Numbered from the stretch's first letter, positions 48,196 to 61,046 are shown. The stretch is 64,000 nt of DNA from Chrysemys picta bellii (GCF_011386835.1 NC_088796.1:111910001-111974000), one strand, 5' to 3'. The notes: generated by a model from the letters alone, not told the origin. Translations and numbers: made by a program.

Positions 48196-50199
48196 GAGTG
48201 GGCCTCCTTTTTTCCATCTGTGTCTCCATGTCACCCGAATTGCTCATTTGCAGTCTTGTTTTGGGAGAAGATACTTATTCCTACACCTTTCTTGTTCTTA
48301 GAATACATAAATATGGTAGCAATAATGCTTCTCTGAAGCACCATCATTACCTGTCATCATCAGAGACAGGACACTGGCTAAGATGGCCCCTTAGTCTGAT
48401 CCAATAAGGTAATTCCCTATGTAGCTGTGTGACGAGTGTCCCTGAACTTCAGGGGAGGACTCGACCCAGTCCCTCTGAACATGGTTTGCACTTCCTCAGT
48501 CCCATTTGTCACCAGTTCTTTTTTGTCCTGTGCACCATCTGCAGCTCAGTGACAGGATAAATATATCAAACTACATGTCAGAGTTGATCCTGGAAAGGTC
48601 TAACTTAAGTGAAAATTTCCCCTTCACCTGACATCAGTTTCAGTGAGATGAACCATTTGTGGGTAGACTTTGCCCTCATTGGGAATAGTTCAAATAAACA
48701 CACAGCATTACACAATGGCAGCCTGTGTGTAGGTATGTGACGGGGGCACTTCAGAATCTGTCTGATGGGTGTCCATACAGTATTTGTGTATATGGCTGCA
48801 ACAATAAAATCCTTAATAAATGTAATGGTTAAAAGAAAAGGACAATGCAACAATAATCTTCACTCCTCAGAGTGACCATCTTCACTTTCCTCCCTGTGAT
48901 GCTGCCAGGAACATCCTCAAAATTACAATATTTTCATCTTTCCTCCCAATCCTTCCCTTTCTAGAGCTAACCAACTCCTAGGCGCTGCCAAGCAGCTCCA
49001 TCCCCTGCTGTACCCTAAAATCCACACATTTCAACGTTTCTGCTGCTTCATGGTACATGTGCTAACAATATGGTAAAACAAGATGTCTCAAAAGGGAAGT
49101 GAACCTTTCCATCCATGGAGACTCTGATATAACTTTGATTTCTCTTTGTTTTCCAGTGTAGCCTCAAAGCAGAAAATGACTGAGCACGTCAAGCAAACCT
49201 GAAAAAATCCTTGATGTCTTTCTGCACTGAGAACTAGCTCACTATCCTCACTAAGTACTGCCTGCATCTCCACCCTTAGGCATGATTTGACACTGCACTG
49301 CACCTCATGTAGTCATTTACACCTGTGCAAAGTGAACGTAACATGGTAGTGAACTGTCACCAATCTGATTTGATTGTGTTTTATATACTCTTTGTATATG
49401 TACATCAGGGCCATACAAGGTGCAGGACAGTGGAGATCAGGTCCTTGTTTCTCTCTATCATACTCCACATTTCATGCCTAAGATCTGCCCAGTCTTCTCA
49501 TCTTGTTGCTGACTCTGACCAGATGTTGCAACATCTAGCAGGCCCACACTGGGGGAAGGGCAGAGTCTCACCTTAAGGGGATCTCTGGGAGGCATTATTA
49601 CCCAGAGAGCCACAATGTCTCCCAGAGCACTCAGACTTCCAGTGGGAGTACAATGTGTTGCTGCAACCCTGAGGAGATGCAACATGTTTTTATCTATGTG
49701 AATAGGGGATGGGATGGAGCCTGGGACTCAACCCTATCCATCCACTTTGGGGTGCTTAGCATACTGGTTATGGTAGCAGGCAGCAGTGCCTATATTCAAG
49801 AGAGTGCAAAGACTGTAATTGTGTTTAATACTACATGGAAGAGAGGATTAATTGTGTCTTTGTGCACTCCCATAAGAGTCAGAAACAATAACCCTCTGCC
49901 TACTCCTTATTTGCTTCTTCATGTTTTTTCCACTCACTACCACCTATGGTTGGAATGACCCTCTTGCTGTGTATCATAAAAATGTAGCGCTAGAAGGGAC
50001 CTTGAGAAGTCATCAAGTCCAGCCCCCTGCACCAAAGCAGGGCCAAATGCCTAGACCACCCTGACAGGTGTTTGTCTAACCTGTTCCTAAAATCTCCAGT
50101 GATGGGGATTCCACAACTGCCCTTGGAAGCCTATTCCAGAGCTTAATTGTCCATTGTAATTAGAAAGTTTGATCTTAATATCTAACCTAAATCTCCCTT

Positions 50200-50964
50200 T
50201 GTCATAAACAGATAGTTAAGGGTTAATGCCTCTTTTACCTGTAAAGGGTTAAGAAGTTCACCTAGCCTAGCTGACACCTGACCAGAGGAACCAATGGGAG
50301 GACAAGATGGTTCAAAAGGAAGGAGGGAAGTTCCCTTTGTCTGAGTCACTTTCAGTTTTGACCAGAGTGGAAAAGCTCCAGAATTCAGCCTCTTATCAAG
50401 CAGTGAGTATTAGTGAAGGAAATAAATAGGTTTATGTTTATTTCTTTGTAACTTGTCTTGGGCATTAGGAATAATCAAATTGGGTATTCTTTTATGTACT
50501 AAGTTTTTGCCCAGGGGAACATCCTCTGTGTTTTGAATCTGTTGTCTGTGAGAGTAACTGGTATGCTAATCTCTCCCAGAGAGTTATCTTTTACCTTCCT
50601 TTTCTTTAATTAAAAGCCTTTTTTTAAGAACCTGATTGATTTTTTCCTTGTTTTTAGATCCAAGGGAGGTGGATCTTGATCCACCAGGAGTTGATGGGAG
50701 AAAGGAGTGGGGATGGTTAATTTCTCCCTGTTTTAAGATCCAAGGGTTTTGGATGGTGTTCACCAGGGAATTGGTGGAGGAGTTTCTCAAGGCTACCCAG
50801 GGAGGGAAATGTTTTGGGCGGGAAGACAGAGTTTCCCAAGTGACTCAAACTATTTGGGTGGTGGCAGCTAGACCAGATCTAAGCTGGTAATTGAGCTTAG
50901 AGCTTCTCATGCAGGTCCCCACATCTGTACCCTAAAGTTCAGCGTGGGGATGAAACCTATGACA
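50200..50964 (+). mobile_element. Solo LTR (765 bp)
   Basis: TGTCATA...TATGACA inverted termini; perfect 5-bp TSD CCCTT (50195-50199, 50965-50969); splits the CR1 sequence cleanly. Confidence 0.92.
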
Positions 50965-51807
50965 CCCTTGTTGCAGATTAAGCCCATTACTTTTTGTCCT
51001 ACTTTCAGTGGTTGTGGAGAACAGTTGATCACCATCCTCTTATAACAGCCCTCACATATCTGAAGACTTATCAGGTGCCCCCTCAGTCACCTTTTCTCAA
51101 GACAAAACATGCCCAGTTTTTTTAAACTTTCTTCATATGTCAGGTTTTCAATTTTATTTTATTTTTATCATTTGTGTTGCTTTCTTCTGGACTCTCTCTA
51201 ATTTGTCCACATCTTTCCTAAAGGGCAGGACCCAGAATTAGACACTCCACTACTCCAGCTGAGGCCTCACCAGAGTGGGTCAATTTCCTCCCACATTTTA
51301 CATACAACACCGCTGTTAATATATCCCAGAATTATATTAGCCTTTTTCACAACTGCATCACATTATTAACTCATTCAATTTGTAGTCCACTATAACCCCC
51401 AGATCCTTTTCTGTAGCACTACCAACTAGCCAGTTATTCTCCATTTTGTAGTTCTGCATTTGATTTTTCCGTGTAGTACTTTGTGCTTGTCTTTATTGAA
51501 TTTCATCTTGCTGATTTCAGACCAATGCCAGTGTTGTTTTGAATTCTAATCCTCTCCCCTCCAAAGTGCTTGCAATCCCTCCCAGTGTAGTGTCATCTCT
51601 CCACTTCATTATCCAAGTCATCAGTGAAAACATTTAGTAGTACTGGACCTGAGAGACGCCTGTGAGGTCCTACTAGATACATCCCGCCCCCCCAATTTGA
51701 CTGTGAACCATTGGTAACTACTCTTTGAGTAGTCTTTCAACTAGTTTTGCACCCACCTTACAATAATTTGATCTAGACCGCATTTCCTTAGTTTGCTTAG
51801 GAGAATG

Positions 51808-51986
51808 GGGGGAGGGATAGCTCAGTGGTTTGAGCATTGGCCTGCTAAACCCAGGGTTGTGAGCTCAATCCTTGAGGGGGCCATTTAGGGATCTGGGGCA
51901 AAAATCTGTCTGGGGAGTGGTCCTGCTCTGAGCAGGGGGCTGGACTAGATGACCTCCTGAGGTCCCTTCGAACCCTGATATTCTAT
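51808..51986 (+). mobile_element. Turtle tRNA-derived SINE with CR1-like tail
   Basis: GGGAGGGATAGCTCAGTGG (A box), GTGAGCTCAATCC (B box), tail CTGGACTAGATGACCTCCTGAGGTCCCTTC...TTCTAT; flanked by GAATG direct repeats. Confidence 0.93.
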
Positions 51987-52956
51987 GAATGTCATGTAAT
52001 ACTGTGTCACTCCTTCAAATTCCTCCTCTGAAACCCGCTTGCCTCACATTGCTGTCTACTGTGGACTTCCACTCTTGTGCTATTTTTACTTCTAATCTCC
52101 CTCCCTGCCGCATACTCACTTAAAATAATTTTTAAAGTACTTAAAAACTTTTTACGCAACATAATAGGATTCATGTCATCTGTGTATTTCTACCCTTGTA
52201 ACTAACAGAGGCCTTCAGTGGGAGTGAGTTGTTGCTAACAATACAGTACATGCTGGGCAAGGCTAGCTGGAAAGACAGTCACTTCTTGCTAACAACCATT
52301 TATAGAGCACCTGGCTGAGAAGGAAAGATTTCTGCAAACATACCCCATGTGAGTTCGTATACCTGGTGCAGTGGATTTCAGTGGCTATATATCATCATCT
52401 TCTGCTTCCTTAGAGAGGAACATGGGCATTGACATTGATTGACATGCACACACAAAGTCATATTTTGTAGGCATTTTAGCTGGTAACTCAAAATAGTCAT
52501 CTCACCATTTCCATTCCCTCACTAATTTCCATTTTCTGGTGTAATTTTTCATTTCATTATCACTCTGTGTTTTTCTCTTTATACACTGAGCTCACTTCAT
52601 TTCTTCCTTTCATTTTGTTTCCTTTGATACCCTAACAGCTGGGTTTAAGAAAGTGTCGCTTTTATTTTTTGTCACTGGAGGCAAGGAAATTAGCACCTTG
52701 ATGGAAGACATATTGCATGGCGCATATCAGCATTACAGAGATCTTAAACACATTTCACTCCACTGTGATTACAAAAACTTAGAGCTGGCATCACAATTTT
52801 CAGCCATTTTACCTCCCTTCCCCCATCACTCTTTCAGAATGACAGCCATAAACATATATTTTTAAAAAAGTAGGCCGAGCCTCTCCCTTGACATTATCAG
52901 AGAATGGCAAACCTTTCCCTAGGCATTGCTGATTTTAGAAATACTTCATAGGGCTA

Positions 52957-53059
52957 GGTTTCAGAGTAGCAGCCGTGTTAGTCTGTATCTGCAAAAAGAA
53001 CAGGAGTACTTGTGGCACCTTGTTAGTCTCTCAGGTGCCACAAGTACTCCTGTTCTTTT
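52957..53059. mobile_element. Penelope-like element remnant forming an inverted hairpin
   Basis: GTTTCAGAGTAGCAGCCGTGTTAGTCTGTATC...GGAGTACTTGTGGCACC matches the recalled turtle Penelope terminal sequence; 28-bp perfect inverted repeat; 12-bp direct repeat TTCATAGGGCTA on both sides. Confidence 0.75.
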
Positions 53060-54613
53060 TTCATAGGGCTAATACATTTATTTAACATGCTCTCTCACTA
53101 CGATCTTGCAACTACACAAAGGCTGCAGAGTTGTCCCATTAAGTTGTCCCTAGAGATTAAAATGATGCATCTGATTCTATATGTCAGAAGATGGATTGTG
53201 AGCATTGTGAAGGGAGGGGACAGGTGAGAAAGAGGCCCTCCTCCCTTTTGAGTATCAGGGACAAAGAAGCTGCTTGCACTTGCTCCTGTTCCCAGGGATC
53301 AAGGCTCTGAAAAGGGGGCTGGGAGGGGTCTACGAGCCTGCAGAAAAGGGCCAGCATGCCCCAGGGGTGGAAATGTGATGGAGGGAGAAAATTGCCCAAT
53401 TTCACGTGGAAGAAGCAGCCTTGTCGGAGATTGTGCATCTTTTCATGCCCTTCCTGGAGTGGTGCAGCTCCTCAGCATTCCTTATGCAAGGCTCTGGCTT
53501 CAGAACCATGACCTAGCTCCCAAAATACACACATCTCGAGAGAGATGAGTGTCTGAGCTCAAAAGGTCCTCAGAAGTCCTAAATCTCGGGCGGGGGGGAA
53601 GCCTGCTTCTGAACCAAAGACCAGGAAAAAAAATGTCTGCCCATGGAAAGCCAGCAAGCAATGTAGTTCTTTTAGACAAAGGTTTATCTAGCCTGAAAAT
53701 AAATGTCTGCTACAATAACTTCAGGCACTGTCTGAATAGTAACTAAATTCACAACACCCTGAAAACAGGAGCCCAAAGGAAACCATGTGTCAAACAGTGA
53801 TCCCAAGCCATAAACTAGTAATATGTAAAATCATAGTAACCACTTCACACTTATATGTGCATAGCAGCTTTCACTCTAGAGAAACCCATAGCGTTTTACA
53901 GATTGTATGCCATAAAGAGAGATCACTCACCAATCAATGAAATGTAGGCAGCTCTGGGGGAAACAGCAGCAAATCCTGTACCAGCAGCCCATAGCCAGCC
54001 AGGCTGTGGGCTTTTTTTTAGGATGAGAAGCAAATAATTGTACTCCAAATAATGCCACTGGGGAGAATTAGGGAGGCAGAAAGTAATCAGCCACATTGAA
54101 ATTCTTAAATGACAAAACTAATAAGGACCTTGGGGTAACAACTCATTGGGGGTGGGGGGCAAAGCTCCTCCCCTAACAAACTGCATTGTAACATCAAGCA
54201 GGGAAATTAGTTCAGTTCAAAGGAGAGAGTGACTCTATAGTCCCCATAGACATCTTCAGCATTCAAATATCAGATTCTGCAAATATGGTGCCCAGTTCAC
54301 CCCTTGAGTTTTGCCAGTGCAAGATAGAAGAACCTTACTTCAGGCCACCAGCAGCAGAAAGTCCATCAATCCTTTACCCTTGGTTCTCATTCTGTCATGG
54401 GGCTTTGAGCTTTCTGACACAGACCTATGCAGGTGGGATAGACCTCAACGGGTCTCCTCTCTTGGACATCCTCCACTGACAAAGATCCTCTACATCCCTG
54501 GCTGGAATTTAAATCTGCTGTCTCCTGGCAGAACTCCCAGAGTCAATACAAATGCCTGCCATTCCCCCATCCCCAATAGGGCAAATCCACCATTTGGTGA
54601 AGGTGTAGTGGAT

Positions 54614-54665
54614 ATCCCCATTATGCCCAGGGGGAGAATCCCCATTATGCCCAGGGGGAGAATCC
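54614..54665 (+). repeat. Perfect 24-bp tandem duplication
   Basis: ATCCCCATTATGCCCAGGGGGAGA twice plus ATCC. Confidence 0.95.
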
Positions 54666-55642
54666 ACTGCATGCTCTGTATGTAGGTTTACCCAAATCAC
54701 ATAGATTTCTTTTTTTTGTTGGAAGGAATAAGCCCGCTAAAAACTCAGAAGTTTGTCTTCCAGTCCTCCACAGAAACGTACAAAGTGATGATAAATTGTT
54801 ACCTGGAAACCAGAGGGTTTATTCTCTTCTTTTAATGTGCAGATGACAAAGCTGTGATCAGCAGAGGCTCTCAAGCATGACCCGCTCAGGATATAGATCA
54901 GAGGGAACTGCTGGCGAAGCATTCTCCAGGATGGCCCCTTTCTTTAGGAAAGTTCTTCCCACTTGGGACCAATATAGCCCAGAACTGTAGATGTTCAGGT
55001 TACACTGCAAGGTTCATCATTTTAAGGGAGGCATTAGAGGATTGGAAGAATGCTGCCTGAGGGATATTCTTTAATGTGGGCTGGGTATTCAGTTACTTTA
55101 TCTGTGCAGTATGTTTTATCTGGTGGTTGGTTCCACATTCAGGGCTAGCTGCTGGTTTTCTCTTGTGTGCAAGTAATTGTGTTTTTAACTGTCTGGGTGC
55201 CTAGAGCATTAAGCACGTGCCCTGTTTGGTTTGGTTTTATAAATAATAAATAAGTAATGGTTGACTTCCATTCATGTAGTTACTGAACATGTGGCCGTTA
55301 AGGAGTGAGAAATCTCAGGATGCAGCTAATCGCGTGCAGAAGACTCAGCAAGGCAACTTGATCTAGATCAGTGGCTCCCAACAAATGGCCCTGACGTGAC
55401 TAAGTAGTTAAGAACGTGAGTTGTCCCACTGATTTGATCAAACTACTCATGTGCTTAAAGTTAAGCATGTGATTAAGTGCTTTGCTGAACTGGGCCTATC
55501 TGAACACTTGTACAAGTTTATCCAACTAAGACCTCTATTGGATCAGGCACTATTTCTCATTCAATTGCTTGTAACTCCTGACTTTCATTGGCACATGGGA
55601 AAAAATAACCAGACTGGCATCTGGAATGTTCCCAACCCCATT

Positions 55643-56022
55643 GGGCAAGTCTAGACTGTGCAGTAAGCCTGGGCTCTGACTCAGGTTTGAGCCCAAGTCC
55701 CCCATTCTGTCCACACACAGACCAGTCTGACTCAGGTCAGCAAGCACTCAGGACCCAGGTCCTAGGACCCTCTTTGGGCGGGGAGGGGTTCAGAACCCAA
55801 GTCAGACTGAGACTCAGGTCCAAACCCTGTCATTTTTCAGTGTGGATGCAGTTCAAGCTGCAGACTCGTGTCAGAAGGTCTGTGTAATGCAGTATGGATC
55901 AGCATTAGTCCAGCAGCTGTGAACCAAGATTTACAGTGCAGTGTGGATGCTCAAGGGCAGACTAGGAAACACCAAGTCCAAGTTTCAGAGATCTGGGTTG
56001 ACAATGCAGTATAGACATACCC
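55643..56022. mobile_element. Harbinger-type MITE
   Basis: Termini GGGCAAGTCTAGACTG / CAGTATAGACATACCC; interior has repeated GGACCCAAG/GACTCAGG units. Confidence 0.7.
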
Positions 56023-57500
56023 ATAGAAGATTCGGGCATGTACAGGTGAATGGGAGGTGGATAGTGGTCACATACCAGCATAGAGTATCAAGACTCATCA
56101 TGAAAACTGGGAGGAGGATCTTAAGGTTGTCTAAGGACTGGTGAGTCATAAAGGCCGGAAGCACCGGTACTGGGATGCATATCAATTGGTAGTCATTCCT
56201 ATGCTGTACAGTATTAAAAACCTGGGCTTCATAAGGTCACTTCTCACACTTTTGAGTAGAATCTGAACCTCTTTGCTCTTGTGGATTCTGACTCCCTATT
56301 CCAATCCAAAAGTTCCTGACTCTCTATTCCAATCTAAAAAGGAAATTCCTTTTGCAGCCTTTTCTCTTCTATCCTCAGGCAGAAAATGCATTTTCTTTTC
56401 AGCAGCATGTTATGTATTCACAATTTTGGAAGACTCTGCCTGTAATTCAGAATCATTTGGGCTTATTAAAAGGGCACATACTGTACTTCATTATCAGGGA
56501 TGCTGTAAAATTATGAAGCATTTTGGAGAAAATTGCAGGATATTTAGACTCATTTCTTGCTGAAAATATGCAAAATCCTTTGGGGAAAATGCAAGCAGAT
56601 GGTGTTCGAGGCATTCATTGTTTTCTTATGTAGCTGTAAACAAATACTGTAAATTAAAAACCACAACTGATCTTTAGGAAAGCTGATCCCAAATAAATAT
56701 ATAAAATGATTTCCAGCAAAGGAAAAGAAACTCTAAACTCTCAGCAGTTTTTGCTCCTCAATGTTTTCTTTCTCCCATCCCCATTTCTAAGAGCACCTTG
56801 TTTGGGGGTCCTTCAAGTCTGTGGCTGAAACTCTTGGGATGGATCATCAGCTGGTGGAAACTGTCATAACTCCATTCGAGTAAATGGAGCTGTGACAATT
56901 GACACTAGGTGAGGATCTGTCCCATTGTGGTAAAGGCAATAGTGCCTCTCCTATTCCCACGACTGCCACACTTTTAGTCATTCCATCCTCCCCATTCTTT
57001 TCTTTAGTAAAAAAACACTCCTGTGCTCTGTTCTCAGCTCTCTGTGGCCGTGACAATTTACTAATAGCTCTGTGCCTCAGTTTACCAGTCCATAAAAGAT
57101 GTATAATACCACTTCCCTACTTCACAGGGTTCTAAGAAGCACTTGGATCAGAGTCTATAATATTTGTAATATTAAACATCCTTTGACTTCAGTGGACAGC
57201 ATTGGGTGCTTCATAAGTGCAAAATACTATCAACATTATTATTTATCCCACCCCTCTTGCCTTTTGTGCCTAGGCAAACCTACAGTACTCAGCAAAATAA
57301 TAGTAATAGGAACAAGAATAGAACTCTTTGCAGAAGAGAAAAGGCAGGGATGCTGGACTTGCAAAAGCTCTTTATATTGATTTTTATTATTTCTTTAATA
57401 AAGTGCTTTTGCAAATCAACAAATTGGTGTACAGAAGTCTAATAAAACAATTAACAACTCTAAAATTTAAGATTCAAAGGATCAAATTATTTTCTCAGTT

Positions 57501-58112
57501 ACATTATTCTTGGTTGTATTAGCAGGAGTGTTGTAAGGAAAACACAGGAAGTAATTCTTCCACTCTTCTCAGCACTGATAAGGCCTCAACTGGAATATTG
57601 TGTCCAGTTCTGGGCACCATGCTTTGTGAAAGATATGGACAAATTGGAGAAAGTCCCGTGGAGAGCAACAAAAATGATTAAAGGTCTAGAAAACATGACA
57701 GATGAGGAAAGATCGAAAAATTGGGTTTGTTTAGTCTGAAGAAGAGAAGACTGTGGGGGTGGGTCATTATAACAGTCTTCAAGTACGTAAAAGGTTGCTA
57801 TTAAGAGGAGGGTGATATAATTTTGTTCTGCTTATCCACTGAGGACAGGACAAGAAGTAATGGGCTGACATTGCAACAAGGGAGATTTAGTTTAGGCATT
57901 AGGAAACATTTGCTAACTTTAAGAATAGTTAAGCTCTGGAAAAAAATTACCTAAGGAGGTTGTGTAATCTCTGTCCCTGGAGATTTTTAAGAACAGGTTA
58001 GGCAAATACCTGTCAGGGATAGTCTGGATAAGTTAGTCCTGCCTCAGTGCAGCGAACTGAACTAGATGATCTATTAAGGTCCCATCCAGTCCTGCATTTT
58101 TATGATTCTATA
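57501..58112 (+). mobile_element. CR1 LINE, 5'-truncated 3' end
   Basis: Homologous along its length to 780-1388 (GCCTCAACTGGAATATTGTGTCCAGTTCTGGG; GAGGACAGGACAAGAAGTAATGGG); ends TTTTATGATTCTAT. Confidence 0.9.
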
Positions 58113-58588
58113 AATCTCATGTAATTCCATTGACTTCAACAATGAAATTAATTCAGGTTTTCATCTGGATTCCAACCAGTGTAATGGAGAAGGGACTTTA
58201 GTCCATTGTAAATGGGAAAATAATATTTTTTATTTGCACAATAAAACTTCTGGTACATATCTGCTTAGTGAGAATATTCCAAACTCAGAAAGAACACAGG
58301 CAACAAACTGGTACTCAGATTCAATAAATGGCAGTAATAGAGGGGAACCATTGCCTTGCAGTTGCAGGCACTGGACTGGGAATCAGGAGAACTGACTTTA
58401 ATCCCTAATTCCGATACAGACTTCATGCAGAAGATCAACTGATCTCTTTGTGCCTCAGTTCCCTATATGTAAAAGTAATACTTGCTTTTTCCTACACTTT
58501 GTCTATTTTGGGTCAAATTCTGATACCTCTACTCCTGTTGAAAAGTATCTTATTAAACTAGTGGTCCCACTGAAAATTAATGGGACTT

Positions 58589-59154
58589 TGTGGCGAGGTG
58601 TCTGCCCCACACTGGGCTCTAAGGGGTTAATACAGCCCTAGGGAGAATGCACAGGAGGCAGCCAATCAGAGAAGTGCTGAAGCCCAAATCAGGGCCAAGC
58701 AGGCCCATATAAAAAAGGAGCTTCAGAGCAGAGGAGTGCAGTTCTCTCCTGGGAGCCCAGGTAGGAAGGACAGTGTCTCTGGAGGGCTGAGAGAACAGCC
58801 AGAACCCTAGACAGAGCAGTGCTGCTAGTGGGGACCGGGGGAGCAAGAGATGGTTCCTGGCTGGCTGCTGGGGTTGGAGGCTGAGATCCTGAGGCAAGGG
58901 CAAAGCGGATGCTAGGAGCACAAGGAAGCGACTGAACAGCGGACTGCAGGTCCCCCGGAAGAGGGGAGCACAGTGTGTGGCATGGCCGGAGGGCTGTGTT
59001 GCTGAAGAGGACACCATGGTCCTTGGAGAGATGTGGGTCCTAGAGCAGGAGTGCTGGTGGCAAGGCACCACCAGAGGACGACGCACTGGTGAACAAAGCT
59101 AATCCTCAAGACAGCCAGCAGGAAGTGCCAGAGTGGTGAGTGAACCCTGTTACA
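58589..59154 (+). mobile_element. Solo LTR (566 bp)
   Basis: TG...CA termini; perfect 5-bp TSD GACTT (58584-58588, 59155-59159); CCAAT at ~58663 and TATAAAA at ~58708. Confidence 0.88.
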
Positions 59155-59193
59155 GACTTATAGTGGTATAACATACTACCTAACATGAGTAAG

Positions 59194-59445
59194 GGCTTGT
59201 CTATACTTTCAGCTAAATAGCACTGTGTGATTAATGCTAAATCGGTAAAGACCTGCTAAGTCGATGGGAGAGCACTCTCCTTTCAACGTCTGTACTCCAG
59301 CTCCCCAAAAAACATAAGGTGAGTTGGCGGAAGAGCATCTCCCGTCAACACAGGGTGGTGTAGACACTGCTGTAAATTGACCTAAATTATGTTGACTTCA
59401 GTTACGTAATTTATGTAACTGAAGTAGCGTAACTTAGGTAGAATT
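59194..59445. mobile_element. Degenerate Harbinger-type MITE
   Basis: Left end GGGCTTGTCTATACT after TAA; internal GTGTAGACAC; right end eroded. Confidence 0.5.
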
Positions 59446-59479
59446 ACCAGCCCAAGGTGTATTAGAAACTGGCTCTTAG

Positions 59480-59600
59480 ATGGTAAATCTTCAGGGTGAG
59501 GACTGTCTCACCATGTGACTGAACAGTTCTTAGTACTCTGGGACCATGATTTCAGCAGGGACATGTAGGTGCTACAGTGATACAAATAATAAATTATAAG
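59480..59600 (+). mobile_element. L2-type 3' tail fragment
   Basis: GTAAATCTTCAGGGTGAGGACTGTCTC...GGTGCTACAGTGATACAAATAATAAAT resembles the L2 terminal motif. Confidence 0.5.
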
Positions 59601-59704
59601 AAGAAGAATAAAAAAAGGCAAGTCAGAAACAGAATAGAGGTTCTGAGCAGATGTGTAAATAAACAGAAATCAGGGACTGGCATACCAGAATGCTAGGTTT
59701 AAAA

Positions 59705-61046
59705 CTAGGGCTGTTGATTAATCGCAGTTAACTCATGCAATTAACTAAAAAAAATTAATCGTGATTAATCGTAGTTTTAATTGCACTGTTAAACAATAGA
59801 ATGCCAATTGAAATTTATTAAATATTTTCGGATGTTTTTCTATATTTTCAAATATATTGATCTCAATTACAACGTGGTATATAAAGTGAGAACAGGTGTT
59901 TGCATGGCACTTTTGTAGCCGGCATTACAAGGTATTTATGTGCCAGATATGCTAAACATTCGTATGCCCCTTCATGTTCTGGCCACCATTCCAAGGGACA
60001 TGCTTCAATGTTAATGATGCTCGTTATTTAAAAAAAAAAAAGCATTAAATAAATTTGTGACTAAACTCCTTGGAGGGAGAATTGTATGTCTCCTACCCTG
60101 TTTTACCCACTTTCTGCCATATATTTCATGTTATAGCAGTCTTGGATGATGACCCAGCAAATGTTGTTTATTTTAAGAACACTTTCACTGCAGATTTGAC
60201 AAAATGCAAAGAAGGTACCAATGTGAAATTTCTAAAGATAGCTACATCACTTAACCCAAGGTTTAAGAATCTGAAGCGCCTTCCAAAATCTGAGAGGGAT
60301 GCAGTGTAAAGCATGCTTTCAGAAATCTTAAAAGAGCAACACTCTGATGCAGAAACTACAGAATCTGAACCACCAAAAAAGAAAATCAACCTTCTGCTGG
60401 TGGCATCTGACTGACTCAAATGATGAAAATGAACATGCTTTGGTCCACACTGCTTTGGATGCTTATCGAGTAGAACTCATAATCAGCACGGACTCATGTC
60501 CTCTGGAATGCTGGTTGAAGCATGCAAGGATATATGAATCTTTAGTGCACCTGGCACATAAATATCTTGCAATGCTGGCTACAAGAGTGCCATGCAAACG
60601 CCTGTTCTCACTTTGAGGTGATATTGTAAACAAGAAGCGGGCAGCATTATCTCCCCTGAAAATGTGAACAAACTTGTTTGTCTGAGTGACTGGCTGAACA
60701 AGAAATAGGACTGAGTGGACTTGTAGGTTCTAAAGTTTTACATTGTTTTATTTTTGAATGCAGTTTTTTTTGTACCTAATTCTATATTTGTAAGCTCAAT
60801 TTTCATGATAAAGAGATTGCACAACCATACTTGTATTAGATGAATTGAAAAATACTATTGTTTGTTTTTTACAGTGCAAATAATTGTAAAACAAAGTGAG
60901 CACTGTACACTTCGCATTCTGTGTTGTAAGTGAAATCAATATATTTGAAAATGTAGAAAACATTCAAAACTATTTAAATAAATGGTATCCTATTATTAAC
61001 AGTGCGATTAATCATGATTATTTTTTTAAATTGCTTGACAGCCTTA
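59705..61046 (+). mobile_element. Internally deleted hAT transposon
   Basis: TIR TAGGGCTGTTGATTAATCG / ...TTGCTTGACAGCCTTA; subterminal GATTAATC repeats at both ends; TSD degenerate. Confidence 0.85.
60070..60720 (+). pseudogene. hAT transposase C-terminal fragment (hATC dimerization domain, ZBED1/Ac-like)
   Basis: Broken frames give LKIATSLNPRFKNLK, then PLECWLKH...LAHKYLAMLATRVPCKRLFSL*GDIVNKKRAALS...NVNKLVCLSDWL, the typical hAT dimerization signature with stops and frameshifts. Confidence 0.88.

Larger units (their letters stand above)
49973..52010 (-). mobile_element. CR1 LINE, 5'-truncated, interrupted by a solo LTR and a SINE
   Basis: Begins with the reverse 3' end TCATAAAAATGTAGCGCTAGAAGGGACCTTGAGAAGTCATC; CR1 reverse-strand motifs continue at 50970-51800 and 51988-52010. 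Confidence 0.9.

Noticed and set aside
52957-53059. Hammerhead ribozyme in the Penelope-like remnant
   Set aside because: The conserved CTGATGA and GAAA core boxes are not present in this fragment.
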